Below are positions 36,612-46,880 of a DNA stretch of 64,000 bases, one piece after another. A program made the translations under genes and the position numbers. Every line of letters begins with the position of its first letter. The stretch's first letter is position 1. The notes under the pieces are model-generated. The model was not told the DNA's origin, did no database searches, and was given only the letters and a program-made list of their open reading frames with translations. This DNA is from Candidatus Omnitrophota bacterium (GTDB lineage Bacteria; Omnitrophota; Gorgyraeia; Gygaellales; Profunditerraquicolaceae): the NCBI GenBank assembly GCA_026387335.1, contig JAPLLX010000001.1, positions 234,620-298,619 of the forward strand. Reading direction: 5' to 3'.

Positions 36612-38381
36612 ATGCCAGGCCGAATCCCAGAAAATATATTGGATGATATTCTATCCAGGGTGGATATTGTTGAAATTATAGCCGGGTATCTGCCGCTTAA
36701 ACGCTCAGGCCGTAATTTTAAAACGTGTTGTCCTTTTCACCATGAGAAGACCCCCTCTTTTATGGTCTCCCCTGACCGGCAGATTTACCATTGCTTTGGT
36801 TGCGGAGAGTCGGGGAATGCCTTTAAGTTCCTTATGCGCTATGAACGCCTGGATTTTCCGGAAGCAGTGGAAGCGCTAGCCAGAAAAACAGGGGTTATTT
36901 TACCTCAAGACGAAAGACATCAGTCTAAAACTAGCGGATTATCCGCGCAAGTTTACAGGATCAATGAATTAGCCGCTGGTTTCTACGCCGGAAATTTGAA
37001 TTCACCTCAGGGATTGAAACCTAAGGATTATTTGTTAAAACGGGGGATAAAAGAAGAGACTATTCACGGATTGAAGTTAGGATTGGCTTTAGATAGGTGG
37101 GATAGCCTGATTAATAATTTAAGGCCTAAATCTATAAGCCTGGATTTATTGGAAAAGGCAGGGTTGGTGATAAATAAGGAGGGCGGCGGCTACTATGACC
37201 GGTTCAGGAACAGGATAATATTCCCTATATTTGATATCAAGGATAGGGTTTTAGGTTTTGGCGCGCGGGTCCTGGATAACAGTTTGCCTAAGTACCTTAA
37301 TTCTCCCGAAACCCCGGTATATACCAAGGGCAGGCATTTATATGGTTTTAATCTGGCCAAAGAGAGTATCCGGGAGAATGACTTTGTGGCAATAGTGGAA
37401 GGTTATTTGGATTTTATTATTCCTTACCAGGAGGGTTTAAAAAGTATTGTTGCTTCTTTGGGCACAGCTTTGACTATTGAACAGGTAAGATTCTTAAAAA
37501 GGTATACCCATAATGTGGTGATGGTCTATGACGCCGACAGCGCCGGAGAACTGGCGACGCTGCGCAGTTTGGATATATTTATTGAAGAAGAGATGAATGT
37601 AAAAATAGTATCCTTGCCTAAAGGCCTTGACCCGGACTCGTTTGTCCGTAAGTATGGAGTAGCCGCTTTCCGGGATAAAATAATCAATGCCCAGAATATA
37701 CTGGATTATAAGCTGGGGATCTTAAAATCCCGCTATAACCTAAAAGAAATTGAAGGAGTGGCTAAGGTTTCCGCTTTAATGCTGGAGACGATAGCTAAAT
37801 TTAAGAACGCGGTCTTAAAATCGGAATACCTAAGAAGGTTGGCCCAGGAATTAAATATCCGGGAAGAGGCCCTGCTACAGGATCTGCATAAGGTAAAAAC
37901 CGAAGGGCCTAATTCGGTTGCGCATATGACCATCCACAGGAGAGTAAATAGCGTAAACCCTACCGAGAAACTGCTTATGTCGCTTATGCTGGAAGAAAGT
38001 TCCCTGATTAACCGCATAAGAGATACGCTGGATGTAAAAGACTTTCAGGATGAGCGTATATCCAGGATCGTCTCGATTATGTTTGATCTGGTGGACCAGG
38101 GTAAAGCGGTTGAACCGCAAATCTTGATGAATCACCTGGGGGATGATATATCAGAATTGGTTTGCGAGTCTGTTTTCCTGCCGCAAGCCGCTTCCGAGAG
38201 CCACAAGGAAAGAGTAGTTGATAATTGTATCCAGCGTATGAAGAGCGATCGAATGAAACTGGAAAGAGAGAGACTGCATGAGCAGATCAAGTCTGCTCAG
38301 GCTCTTGGCGATAATGAAGCCCTTAAGCGCCTTACGGAAGAATTCCATTGTTTAATTAAAAAAAAGGCAGGTAAAGTATGA
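36612..38381 (+). CDS. dnaG: DNA primase.
   Basis: CHC2 zinc finger ([13 protein letters not shown] ... HCFGCG). TOPRIM region (VEGYLD, DAD). Confidence 0.95.
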   Translation: MPGRIPENILDDILSRVDIVEIIAGYLPLKRSGRNFKTCCPFHHEKTPSFMVSPDRQIYHCFGCGESGNAFKFLMRYERLDFPEAVEALARKTGVILPQDERHQSKTSGLSAQVYRINELAAGFYAGNLNSPQGLKPKDYLLKRGIKEETIHGLKLGLALDRWDSLINNLRPKSISLDLLEKAGLVINKEGGGYYDRFRNRIIFPIFDIKDRVLGFGARVLDNSLPKYLNSPETPVYTKGRHLYGFNLAKESIRENDFVAIVEGYLDFIIPYQEGLKSIVASLGTALTIEQVRFLKRYTHNVVMVYDADSAGELATLRSLDIFIEEEMNVKIVSLPKGLDPDSFVRKYGVAAFRDKIINAQNILDYKLGILKSRYNLKEIEGVAKVSALMLETIAKFKNAVLKSEYLRRLAQELNIREEALLQDLHKVKTEGPNSVAHMTIHRRVNSVNPTEKLLMSLMLEESSLINRIRDTLDVKDFQDERISRIVSIMFDLVDQGKAVEPQILMNHLGDDISELVCESVFLPQAASESHKERVVDNCIQRMKSDRMKLERERLHEQIKSAQALGDNEALKRLTEEFHCLIKKKAGKV

Positions 38382-39907
38382 AAAAGAAGGTCTACGCAGC
38401 TAAAGATTTAGAAAAGATCATCGCATTAGGCAAACAAAAGGGTTTTCTTACCTATGATGAAGTAAACGATCTTTTGCCCGAAGAGCTATCTTCATCCGAC
38501 GATATGGATCGTTTGTTTGAGTTGCTCGGAAACGAAGATATACAGGTAGTGGAACATGAAGATGACCGGCTCATTGATAAAGAGAGCGCGATAATCAAAG
38601 AGGATAATTTAAGCGAACAGTTAAAATCCGAAGAGAGGTTTCTCCCTTTAGATGATCCGGTAAAAATGTATCTTAAACAGATGGGTTCAATATCATTATT
38701 GACCCGGGAGCACGAAATAGAGCTGGCTAAAAAAATAGAAGATGCCGAAGAGAAATTTAAACGCGCTGCCCTGAATACCAAGCTTGTGCGCCATGAAACG
38801 CTGGCGGTAGCCAACGATATTTTAGAAGGCAGGTTAAACCTGGAAGAAATTGTTAAGGAAGATTTAAAAATCAAGAAAGGAAACGTAGCGGCCAAGATAA
38901 AAAGGACCCTCAAAAAACTTAAAGCCACGCGCAGCGAAAATAAAACTATAGATTTGTTCCTGGACCTCAATTTTGTAACTTCCGTGGTGGAAGCGGCAGT
39001 ACGTAAACTCATCCGTTTGCTGAAAGAACTGGACCAGATTGACCGTAAACCCGGCCGCTCTCGCTCCAGGAAACAAGAAATACTAAAGCTTCTTGGCGAA
39101 TCCCACAAAAGAATCCGCGAGCAGATGAAGTTGATCCGGTCTACGAACCTTAAATTTAACCGCTGCAAGAAGAAACTGGTTGAGGCTAACTTAAGGCTGG
39201 TGGTAAGCATAGCCAAGAAATATACCAACAGGGGATTATCTTTTCTGGACTTAATCCAGGAGGGAAACATCGGGCTTATGCGGGCCGTAGAAAAATTCGA
39301 GTATAAAAGAGGTTACAAATTTTCTACCTACGCGACCTGGTGGATCAGGCAGGCGATTACCCGCTCTATAGCGGATCAAGCGCGAACCATACGCATCCCG
39401 GTGCATATGACCGAAACGATCAATAAAATCATCCGTTATTCGCGTGTTTTTGTGCAAGAGAACGGCCGTGAACCTCTCCCTGAAGAAATAGCTTATAAGA
39501 TGCGCCTGCCTCAAGAGAAAGTCAAATCCATATTAAAGATAGCCCAGGAGCCGATTTCTTTACAAATGCCTATTGGCGATGAAGGCGATACGCATTTTGG
39601 AGATTTTATTCAGGATAAAAAAGCGGTATCCCCGGCGAATGAAACCGTCCGTTCAATGCTTAAAGATGAGATGAACTCCGCCTTAAGCACCCTTACCGAA
39701 AGAGAGAAAAAGATATTGGTCTTACGTTTTGGCATACATGACGGTTCCAGCCGTACCCTGGAAGAAGTAGGCAATGTTTTTAGAGTCACCCGCGAAAGAG
39801 TAAGGCAGATCGAAGCCAAGGCTTTAAAGAAACTGCGGCACCCTACCCGCTCAAGAAGGTTAAGAACTTTTCTGGATATGACGCTTGCGCACCAAAGAGA
39901 ATATTAA
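38378..39907 (+). CDS. rpoD: RNA polymerase sigma-70 factor RpoD.
   Basis: Region 2 [19 protein letters not shown] ... [12 protein letters not shown]. Region 4 helix-turn-helix. dnaG-rpoD linkage. Confidence 0.95.
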   Translation: MKKKVYAAKDLEKIIALGKQKGFLTYDEVNDLLPEELSSSDDMDRLFELLGNEDIQVVEHEDDRLIDKESAIIKEDNLSEQLKSEERFLPLDDPVKMYLKQMGSISLLTREHEIELAKKIEDAEEKFKRAALNTKLVRHETLAVANDILEGRLNLEEIVKEDLKIKKGNVAAKIKRTLKKLKATRSENKTIDLFLDLNFVTSVVEAAVRKLIRLLKELDQIDRKPGRSRSRKQEILKLLGESHKRIREQMKLIRSTNLKFNRCKKKLVEANLRLVVSIAKKYTNRGLSFLDLIQEGNIGLMRAVEKFEYKRGYKFSTYATWWIRQAITRSIADQARTIRIPVHMTETINKIIRYSRVFVQENGREPLPEEIAYKMRLPQEKVKSILKIAQEPISLQMPIGDEGDTHFGDFIQDKKAVSPANETVRSMLKDEMNSALSTLTEREKKILVLRFGIHDGSSRTLEEVGNVFRVTRERVRQIEAKALKKLRHPTRSRRLRTFLDMTLAHQREY

Positions 39908-39923
39908 TTAGATAAGGGGCGCT

Positions 39924-42485
39924 ATGGAAGAAAGCTTAAGTGATGAGATAAAATTTCTTCAGGTCCGCATTACGGAATTAGAAAAGTCAGAATCCCTCCA
40001 TAAAATATCCGAGCGCGAAAACCAGCAGAAACTGCGCGCAGTCTTTGATCATACCTTCCAATTTATAGGTCTTATGTCTCCTGATGGCACACTCTTAGAA
40101 GCCAACAGGGCAGCTTTAGCGCTTACCGGCGTGGAATTATCCCAGGTTTTGAATAAACCTTTTTGGGAGACGCCCTGGTGGACGCATTCTCTTTATGAAC
40201 AGGAAAAGCTGCGCAATGCCATTCTCAAGGCCGCCAGTGGAGAATTTATCCGCTATGAAACAACTCATATGGATAAAGACGGAAACGAGCATTTCGTGGA
40301 TTTTTCCTTAAAGCCGGTGGAAGATGAAAAAGGGAAAGTGATTTATATAATCCCTGAGGGACGGGATATAACCGGTTTAAAGAAAGCTTCATACGCGCTT
40401 TCACAATCAGAAGAAAGATACGCTGTTTTAGTGAATGAGCTGCCGGTAGGAGTTTATCGCAATACGCTGGGCAAAGAAGGGTCTTTTTTAGAAGTTAATA
40501 ACGCGATGGTCAGGCTGCTGGAAGCAGGATCAAAAGAGGAACTTCTTAAGCATAATGAGAGCGATTTTTATCAGGATCCCACGGAAAGGCAAAAGATCAG
40601 CGAAAAGATACTCAATGAGGGATTTATTAAAAACGAGGAGCTGCGGCTGGTGACCCTCAAAGGCCAAAAAATCTGGGCCCTCCTTAATGCGGTAGCCAAA
40701 AAAGATGAGAATGGAAACGTCTTGTATTTTGACGGTATATTAGAAGATATTACTGAACGTAAGAGATATGAGGAGAGGCTGCATGATACTTACGGGGAAC
40801 TGGGGATAAGGGTAAAGGTCAGGACCGCCGAGCTGACTAGGGCCAATGAAGAATTAAGAAAGGAAATAGCCGAGCGTAAGGAACTCTTAGAAGCCTTCAA
40901 TAAAAATAAAAATTTTCTTTCCGATGTTTTTAGCAGTATTCAAGACGGTATAAGTGTTTTGGATAAAGAAATGAATATTGTTTTGGTAAATCCGGTCATG
41001 GAAAAGTGGTACGCTGACAAGCTTCCCTTTATAGGAAAGAAGTGTTACGAAGCCTATCAATACGGGACTCATCCTTGTAAGGGCTGTCCGGTACTTACGA
41101 GCTTAAAGACACAACAATTAGCGGCGGATATTGTCCCCAAGAGGGGAAGCAACGGAGAAATAATCGGCTGGATTGAACTTTACAGTTTTCCCATGTTTGA
41201 TCAGGAAAGCAAGGAATTGATAGGCGCAATTGAATACGCCCGCGATATTACGGACAGAAAAGCGGCGCAAGAGCGGGTTCAGGTTTTAAATAATGAGCTC
41301 TTAATGTCCAATAAACGCTTAAAGCAGTTGTTACTTACGGATGCGCATACCGGGCTTTATAATCATCGCTATTTGGAGCAGGTCATTGAAGTAGAGTTTC
41401 ATCGCGCTAAACGCGAGGCCCATCCTTTGTCAGTGATAATGATAGATATAGATTATTTTAAATCGGTGAACGATGTTTACGGGCATCAATTTGGGGATTT
41501 GGTCCTTAAGCAGTTCTCCCGCCAACTAAAGCTGATTATGAGAAAATACGATATTATTATCCGCTCAGGAGGAGAAGAGTTTATTATTATATCTCCCGGC
41601 ATAGACTTAGAGCAATCTTTGATCCTGGGCCAAAGGATTTTGGATGCGATTAGCCTCTACAATTTTGGCGATAAGAAGCATACGGTCAAACTTAAATTAA
41701 GCCTGGCGGCAGTCTCTTATCCCGAGGATAGGGCGATGAAAGGGATGGGGCTGGTTAATTTAGCGGATCAGATTTTAAATAAGGTAAAGGAATCGGGAGG
41801 CAACCGCGTTTATTCGGACCTGGATACAAAAAAAGAAAAATGTCCCGCTCCCGGAAAAATAAATAAATCCCTGAATATTAAACTTCTTCAGGGGAAAATA
41901 GATAAACTTACCAAAAGGTCAAATCAAAGCTTAGTGGAAGCTATATTTGCGTTCGCTAAGACTATTGAATTAAAAGACCACTATACCGGAGAACACGTCG
42001 AGGATACTGTGCGCTATGTCACAGAGATCTGTAATAAGCTGGGACTACCTAAAGAAGAGATAGAGTTAATTAAGCAGGGAGCTGCTTTGCATGATTTGGG
42101 CAAGATTGGGATAAGCGAAAAAATCCTGCTTAAAAAATCTAAGCTTACGCGTCACGAATTTCAGGAAATTAAGAAACATCCCCAAATCGGCGCGGATATA
42201 TTAAGGCCGATCCAGTTTTTGCGTAATATTATCCCCCTTGTTTTTTACCATCACGAAAAATGGGATGGTTCAGGCTATCCCAGCGGCATAAAAAAAGAGG
42301 AAATCCCTATCGGAGCCAGGATCATTGCCATTGCCGACGTTTACCAGGCCTTAACCAGCGACCGGCCTTACCGCAAAGCCTACACCAAGGAAAAGGCGAT
42401 CAGAATATTAAAAAAAGGTTCCGGCTCCCAATTTGACCCCCGGATAACCAGCGTATTCCTAAAAATACTGCAACCCAAAGATTAA
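39924..42485 (+). CDS. Multi-PAS sensor fused to GGDEF and HD-GYP domains (c-di-GMP turnover protein).
   Basis: Three PAS-like regions. GGDEF with RSGGEEF. HD-GYP with HD (AALHDLGK) and HHEKWDGSGYP. Confidence 0.85.
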   Translation: MEESLSDEIKFLQVRITELEKSESLHKISERENQQKLRAVFDHTFQFIGLMSPDGTLLEANRAALALTGVELSQVLNKPFWETPWWTHSLYEQEKLRNAILKAASGEFIRYETTHMDKDGNEHFVDFSLKPVEDEKGKVIYIIPEGRDITGLKKASYALSQSEERYAVLVNELPVGVYRNTLGKEGSFLEVNNAMVRLLEAGSKEELLKHNESDFYQDPTERQKISEKILNEGFIKNEELRLVTLKGQKIWALLNAVAKKDENGNVLYFDGILEDITERKRYEERLHDTYGELGIRVKVRTAELTRANEELRKEIAERKELLEAFNKNKNFLSDVFSSIQDGISVLDKEMNIVLVNPVMEKWYADKLPFIGKKCYEAYQYGTHPCKGCPVLTSLKTQQLAADIVPKRGSNGEIIGWIELYSFPMFDQESKELIGAIEYARDITDRKAAQERVQVLNNELLMSNKRLKQLLLTDAHTGLYNHRYLEQVIEVEFHRAKREAHPLSVIMIDIDYFKSVNDVYGHQFGDLVLKQFSRQLKLIMRKYDIIIRSGGEEFIIISPGIDLEQSLILGQRILDAISLYNFGDKKHTVKLKLSLAAVSYPEDRAMKGMGLVNLADQILNKVKESGGNRVYSDLDTKKEKCPAPGKINKSLNIKLLQGKIDKLTKRSNQSLVEAIFAFAKTIELKDHYTGEHVEDTVRYVTEICNKLGLPKEEIELIKQGAALHDLGKIGISEKILLKKSKLTRHEFQEIKKHPQIGADILRPIQFLRNIIPLVFYHHEKWDGSGYPSGIKKEEIPIGARIIAIADVYQALTSDRPYRKAYTKEKAIRILKKGSGSQFDPRITSVFLKILQPKD

Positions 42486-42598
42486 CCCCTCAGGCAAAAA
42501 ACGTTAAGTTTTAGCTTGCCAAAATTACCATAAAATAGTATCATATAATGTTAAGTTTTTCTGGCCAATCTCGTCAAGAGCATAAGCAGAATTTTGCG

Positions 42599-42670
42599 GG
42601 GCCTATAGCTCAGCGGTAGAGCAGGAGACTCATAATCTCTTGGTCCGGGGTTCGAATCCCTGTGGGCCCA
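42599..42670 (+). tRNA. tRNA with CAT anticodon (elongator Met or Ile2-lysidine type). CCA not encoded.
   Basis: Cloverleaf folded by hand: acceptor GGGCCTA/TGGGCCC. D-arm GCTC..GAGC. Anticodon loop CTCATAA. T-arm CGGGG-TTCGAAT-CCCTG. The 1:72 pair is intact, so it is not an initiator. Confidence 0.85.
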
Positions 42671-42706
42671 GTTAATCAAAAAGGTGGTTTTTGGGTAAGC
42701 TAAAAC

Positions 42707-42783
42707 GGGCGATTGGCTCAGTTGGTTAGAGCGCCACATTCACATTGTGGAGGCCAGAGGTCCGAATCCTCTATCGCCCACCA
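42707..42783 (+). tRNA. tRNA-Val (CAC), CCA encoded.
   Basis: Acceptor GGGCGAT/ATCGCCC. Anticodon stem CCACA/TGTGG with loop TTCACAT. T-loop TCCGAAT. 3' CCA present. Confidence 0.88.
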
Positions 42784-42801
42784 CTAAAAAAAGGAGTAAT
42801 T

Positions 42802-43527
42802 TTGGCAACGGTTGATTTAAAATCTCAGTTAAGCAGCCTGATTAAATTACAGGCTGTGGATAGCCAGATATATTCTCTACGCTCAGAAAAAGCTTCTAAG
42901 CCCGAGGAAATCAAGGTAATGGAACTCTCTTTTGAAGCCAAAAAGGCGAGCCTAGCTGAATTGGATAAAAAATCAACCGATTTGCAGAAGCAAAGAAAAG
43001 AGAGGGAATTGGAACTGGGCTCAAAAGACGAGGCGATGAAAAAGTTACAGTCCCAACTTTATAGTCTTAAAACGAATAAAGAGTATCAGACCATGCTCCA
43101 GCAAATACAGGATGCCAAGGCCGATGCCTCGGTCATTGAAGATAAAATCCTGGAGTTATTCGATAAAACAGACGCGCTTAAGGTTGAGCTGGAAAAAGAA
43201 AAACAGAAATTAAAAGAAGAAGAGCAGATATTTTTGACTAAAAAGAAGCAAGTCGATGACCGGGTTAAAGAGATAGACGAGCGTTTAAGCGCGCTCGAAG
43301 CTCAGCGAAAACAGGCCCTGCAGGATATAGATGCTAAAATCTTAAGCCAATACGAAAGAATATTGGCCAATCGGGACGGCCTGGCTATAGTTATTGTCAA
43401 GGGGAATTCCTGCGGCGGATGCAATATGTTTGTCCCGCCTCAGGTAATAAATTTAATTAAGATGTATGAGCACATAATCACCTGCGAGATGTGCAATCGG
43501 ATACTCTATATTGATGAGGGAGTTTGA
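42802..43527 (+). CDS. COG1579/DUF164 coiled-coil zinc-ribbon protein.
   Basis: Long coiled-coil region followed by C-terminal C4 zinc ribbon (CGGCNM ... CEMC). Proposed TTG start at 42802, preceded by AGGAG. The ORF-track start at 42745 lies inside tRNA-Val. Confidence 0.65.
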   Translation: MATVDLKSQLSSLIKLQAVDSQIYSLRSEKASKPEEIKVMELSFEAKKASLAELDKKSTDLQKQRKERELELGSKDEAMKKLQSQLYSLKTNKEYQTMLQQIQDAKADASVIEDKILELFDKTDALKVELEKEKQKLKEEEQIFLTKKKQVDDRVKEIDERLSALEAQRKQALQDIDAKILSQYERILANRDGLAIVIVKGNSCGGCNMFVPPQVINLIKMYEHIITCEMCNRILYIDEGV

Positions 43528-43930
43528 GATTTATATTGATGGCGCGTCAAAGGGAAATCCCGGACCAAGCGGCGTAGGGGTAGTTATCTGTCAGGGTTCA
43601 AAGACCCTGAAGAATATTTCCAGTTTTATCGGCCAGGCCACGAACAATATCGCTGAATATACAGCTTTGATCTACGCCCTCCAGGAAGCCTTGATCTTAA
43701 AGGCCGATGTCCTTAAGATCAATACGGATAGCCAGCTCCTGGCCCGGCAATTAAACAAGGTTTATAAAGTCCGGCATCAGAATATCATCGGGCTTTATAA
43801 CCAGGCCCAACGTTTATTGGCCGGGTTTAAAGAAGTTTCTATTAATAATATCCCCCGCGAAGAAAATATTGGCGCGGATAAATTAGCAACCGAAGCGATT
43901 AAAAGAGAACTAAAGAAAAAAGTTCTTTGA
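43511..43930 (+). CDS. rnhA: Ribonuclease HI.
   Basis: IYIDGASKGNPGPSG ... AEYTALIYAL ... TDSQ matches the RNase H type 1 catalytic blocks (D, E, D). Confidence 0.85.
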   Translation: MMREFEIYIDGASKGNPGPSGVGVVICQGSKTLKNISSFIGQATNNIAEYTALIYALQEALILKADVLKINTDSQLLARQLNKVYKVRHQNIIGLYNQAQRLLAGFKEVSINNIPREENIGADKLATEAIKRELKKKVL

Positions 43931-43933
43931 AAT

Positions 43934-44357
43934 GAGACAGGTAGAATGTGGTCGCCCTTACTACTTTGCGCAGCAAAGCAGTAAGGGAGGAAAGTCCGGG
44001 CTCCGGAGGATAGCGCAGTAGGTTAATACCTACCCATTGAGGCTTAACCCTTGATGAGGATTGCCCCTAGCGGGGCCATTACCGAACATAATTGCGGGTA
44101 ATGAGAGCCACAGAGACGAGACCTTGGGTTTTAAAAACTCAAGGGAGTGAAACGCGGCAATCTCTGCGCGGAGCAAGGCGAATAGGAGATGAATCCTTAT
44201 ATTTAGAATTTGAGGATACATGCTTATCCGGCGTGTTATTAATCTCGGGTAATAAGCTGCTTGAGTAATAGCAGTAACGCTATTATCGAGAGGAATGATC
44301 ACTAATCGATAGCGAAAAATCGCATCAAGACAGAACCCGGCTTATTCTACCTGTCTT
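43934..44357 (+). ncRNA. rnpB: RNase P RNA (bacterial type A).
   Basis: Conserved P4 strands GGAAAGTCCGGGCTCC (about 43988-44004) and ACAGAACCCGGCTTA near the 3' end. P1 pairing GACAGGTAGAAT / ATTCTACCTGTC followed by a T-run. The overlapping minus-strand 90-aa ORF is spurious. Confidence 0.9.
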
Positions 44358-44412
44358 TTTAAAAAGCAGTAAGGAAACTTCAAATTAACAAGTAATTTTA
44401 AGGAGGAATCAA

Positions 44413-45168
44413 ATGTCCGGTCATTCTAAATGGAAGACGAACAAAGGGAAGAAATCGATAGCTGACGCCAAAAAAGGGGCAACTTATACTAAGATTATCA
44501 AGGAACTTACGGTTATTGCCCGCGAAGGCGGAGGTAATCCCGATACCAACCCGCGGCTTAGGGCGGTTATGCAAAAAGCAAAAGAAGCAAATATGCCTTC
44601 GGATAACGTTAAAATGGCAATCAAGCGCGGTACAGGCGAGTTACCGGGTGTAGTCTATGAGACATGTGTATATGAAGCGTACGGCCAGGGAGGGGTAGCC
44701 ATGATGATCGAGGTGCTTACGGATAATAAAAACCGTACGAGCGCTGAAATCCGCAATATTATGTCCAAAAAAGGCGGAAGCTTTGCCGGAGCCGGTTCAG
44801 TCAGCTGGATGTTTACGATGAAGGGTTATTTTCTGATTGAAAAATCTCAGGCCAAGGAAGATGAGCTTATGAATATTGTTTTAGAGGCCGGAGCCGAAGA
44901 TATGAAATCCGATGACAAGAATTACGAGGTATTTTGTTCTCCGCAAAACTTTGAGAAAGTCAAACAGGCGATAGAAGCAAAGGGGATTAAGCCGCAGGAC
45001 GCTGAGGTTACTATGGTGCCGTCTTCAACCATTAAAATAGTCGGCAATGAAGCCAAGCAGCTGCTTTCTTTGATTGATACCCTGGAAGAGCATGATGACG
45101 TGCAACATGTGTATGCCAATTTTGATATACCTGACGAAATAATGGACGCGTTGGCCGAAGAAAATTAA
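44413..45168 (+). CDS. yebC: YebC/PmpR-family transcriptional regulator.
   Basis: MSGHSKWKT ... N-terminus and overall YebC block structure. Confidence 0.92.
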   Translation: MSGHSKWKTNKGKKSIADAKKGATYTKIIKELTVIAREGGGNPDTNPRLRAVMQKAKEANMPSDNVKMAIKRGTGELPGVVYETCVYEAYGQGGVAMMIEVLTDNKNRTSAEIRNIMSKKGGSFAGAGSVSWMFTMKGYFLIEKSQAKEDELMNIVLEAGAEDMKSDDKNYEVFCSPQNFEKVKQAIEAKGIKPQDAEVTMVPSSTIKIVGNEAKQLLSLIDTLEEHDDVQHVYANFDIPDEIMDALAEEN

Positions 45169-45650
45169 TGAAAATATTAGGGATTGATCCGGCTTTAACT
45201 ATCACCGGGTATGGATTGATCAATGCCAGAAATAGTAAGCTGGTTTTGATCGAAGCAGGTATAATCGCTACCTCCAGAAAAGAGGCGTTGACTCGACGCC
45301 TGGAGAAGATATACAATGGAATAACGAAATTAATCCTGGATACCTCTCCGGATGTTTTGGTTTTAGAAAAGATATACTCACATTACCGGCATCCGGCTAC
45401 AGCCTATATTTTAGGAGAGGCGCGGGGAATAATCTGCCTGGCAGCCGCTACGCAAAAGGTTTCTTTAGTGGAGTATGCTGCCACCCGGGTGAAAAAAGCA
45501 GTAGTAGGAAAAGGCCTGGCTTCCAAGACGCAGGTGCAGAAAATGGTAGCCAGCCTTCTGGGCTTAAATAGTTTACCCAAATATACTGATGTTACTGATG
45601 CGTTGGCATTAGCCATAACGCATAGTTATATTATAAGGCCAAAGATATGA
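45168..45650 (+). CDS. ruvC: Holliday junction resolvase RuvC.
   Basis: ILGIDPALTITGYGLI N-terminus. Catalytic acidic residues. 160 aa. Confidence 0.9.
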   Translation: MKILGIDPALTITGYGLINARNSKLVLIEAGIIATSRKEALTRRLEKIYNGITKLILDTSPDVLVLEKIYSHYRHPATAYILGEARGIICLAAATQKVSLVEYAATRVKKAVVGKGLASKTQVQKMVASLLGLNSLPKYTDVTDALALAITHSYIIRPKI

Positions 45651-46273
45651 TTTCCAGAATAACCGGGAAAATTATTGAAAGAGGGAACAACTACTTAGTA
45701 ATTGATACGAATGGCTTGAGCTATCAGGTCCTTCTACCGGCCACAGTAATGCAAAGGATTGATGGCTGTCTAAGCGCAGATGGATCAATAGCCTTAAAAA
45801 CTTTTCATTATCTGCAGTCTGACCAGGCTAAAAGTATACCGGTTTTGATCGGTTTTATCAATGATATTGAAAAAGATTTCTTTGAAATTTTTATTACCGT
45901 TTCCGGTATCGGGCCGCGGGCCGCGTTAAAAGCCTTAAATAAACCTATATCCGAAATTGCCCGGGCCATAGATGAGGGGGACCTGGCCTTTTTAAAATCG
46001 CTCCCCGGTATAGGGGAACAGAGGGCCAAAGAGATTATAGCCAAGCTCCAGAATAAGGTTGGCAGATTCGGCCTTATTCAGGATAGCGCTAAGATTAAAA
46101 CTTCTATTAAGGCTAAAAATATTGCCGAAGAAGCGCTGGCAGTACTTATGCAGTTAGAATACAGAAAGCCCGAAGCCTTAAACATGATCAGAAAATCCCT
46201 GGAGTTGAATCCAGAGACAGAGACAACGGAAGAGTTACTTAATTTAGTGTATAAACAGAGGAAAATTAAATAA
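45647..46273 (+). CDS. ruvA: Holliday junction branch-migration protein RuvA.
   Basis: MISRITGK start. Two HhH motifs (LPGIGEQRAKEI). No ruvB follows. Confidence 0.88.
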   Translation: MISRITGKIIERGNNYLVIDTNGLSYQVLLPATVMQRIDGCLSADGSIALKTFHYLQSDQAKSIPVLIGFINDIEKDFFEIFITVSGIGPRAALKALNKPISEIARAIDEGDLAFLKSLPGIGEQRAKEIIAKLQNKVGRFGLIQDSAKIKTSIKAKNIAEEALAVLMQLEYRKPEALNMIRKSLELNPETETTEELLNLVYKQRKIK

Positions 46274-46274
46274 C

Positions 46275-46880
46275 ATGCAGGATAATAGAAAATCGGCGAT
46301 CGAAGCCCTTTTATTTGCCAGTGAAAAGCCTTTAGCTTTAGAGCAGATAAAACTTGTTTTGGATAATCCGGATACCAATGAAGTCCGCCAGCTGCTTGAA
46401 GAAATGAAGTCTGAATATGAGCAGTCAGGCCGGGGTGTGCGCATTGCCGAGATAGCCGGTGGATTTCAGATGATCAGCGCTTCTGAATTCGCGCCCTTTT
46501 TAAGAAAACTTTTTAAAGGAAGACGCATCGAGAGGCTATCTAAGCCGGCGTTGGAAACTCTGGCAATCATTGCTTATAAACAGCCTTTGACCAGGAGCGA
46601 AGTGGAATTATTAAGGAATGTTAATGTGGATGGCGTAATGAAAAGTCTGCTCGAAAAAAATCTTATCCGTATTTCCGGAAGGAAAAAAGCTCCGGGAAGA
46701 CCTTGCGTCTACGGCACAACCCGGCAGTTTATGGAATATTTTGGCCTAAGGTCATTAGCTGACCTGCCTAGAATAGAAGAGTTTTCTTCTCTGGCCCAAA
46801 AGCAGGACCTTGTAGATATTGAACCCGAAGAAAAAAAGAACGCGGAGGAATTAAATGAATCTCAAAAAACTGCGCAGTAA
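46275..46880 (+). CDS. scpB: Segregation and condensation protein B.
   Basis: IEALLFASEKPL ... dual winged-helix pattern. About 200 aa. Confidence 0.85.
   Translation: MQDNRKSAIEALLFASEKPLALEQIKLVLDNPDTNEVRQLLEEMKSEYEQSGRGVRIAEIAGGFQMISASEFAPFLRKLFKGRRIERLSKPALETLAIIAYKQPLTRSEVELLRNVNVDGVMKSLLEKNLIRISGRKKAPGRPCVYGTTRQFMEYFGLRSLADLPRIEEFSSLAQKQDLVDIEPEEKKNAEELNESQKTAQ

Noticed and set aside
38452-39270. 272-aa minus-strand ORF, Ser/Leu-rich and low-complexity, inside rpoD.
   Set aside because: It is entirely antisense to the well-supported sigma-70 gene. Composition is the typical artefact of reading a Lys/Glu/Arg-rich gene on the opposite strand. No motifs.
42551-42739. 62-aa minus-strand ORF, and the 5' extension (42745-42801) of the COG1579 ORF.
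   Set aside because: Both are translations of the tRNA-Met/tRNA-Val sequences. The real CDS start is placed at TTG 42802.
44030-44302. 90-aa minus-strand ORF.
   Set aside because: It lies wholly inside the RNase P RNA gene, which shows its conserved P4 motifs and P1 stem. It is a translation of structured RNA.
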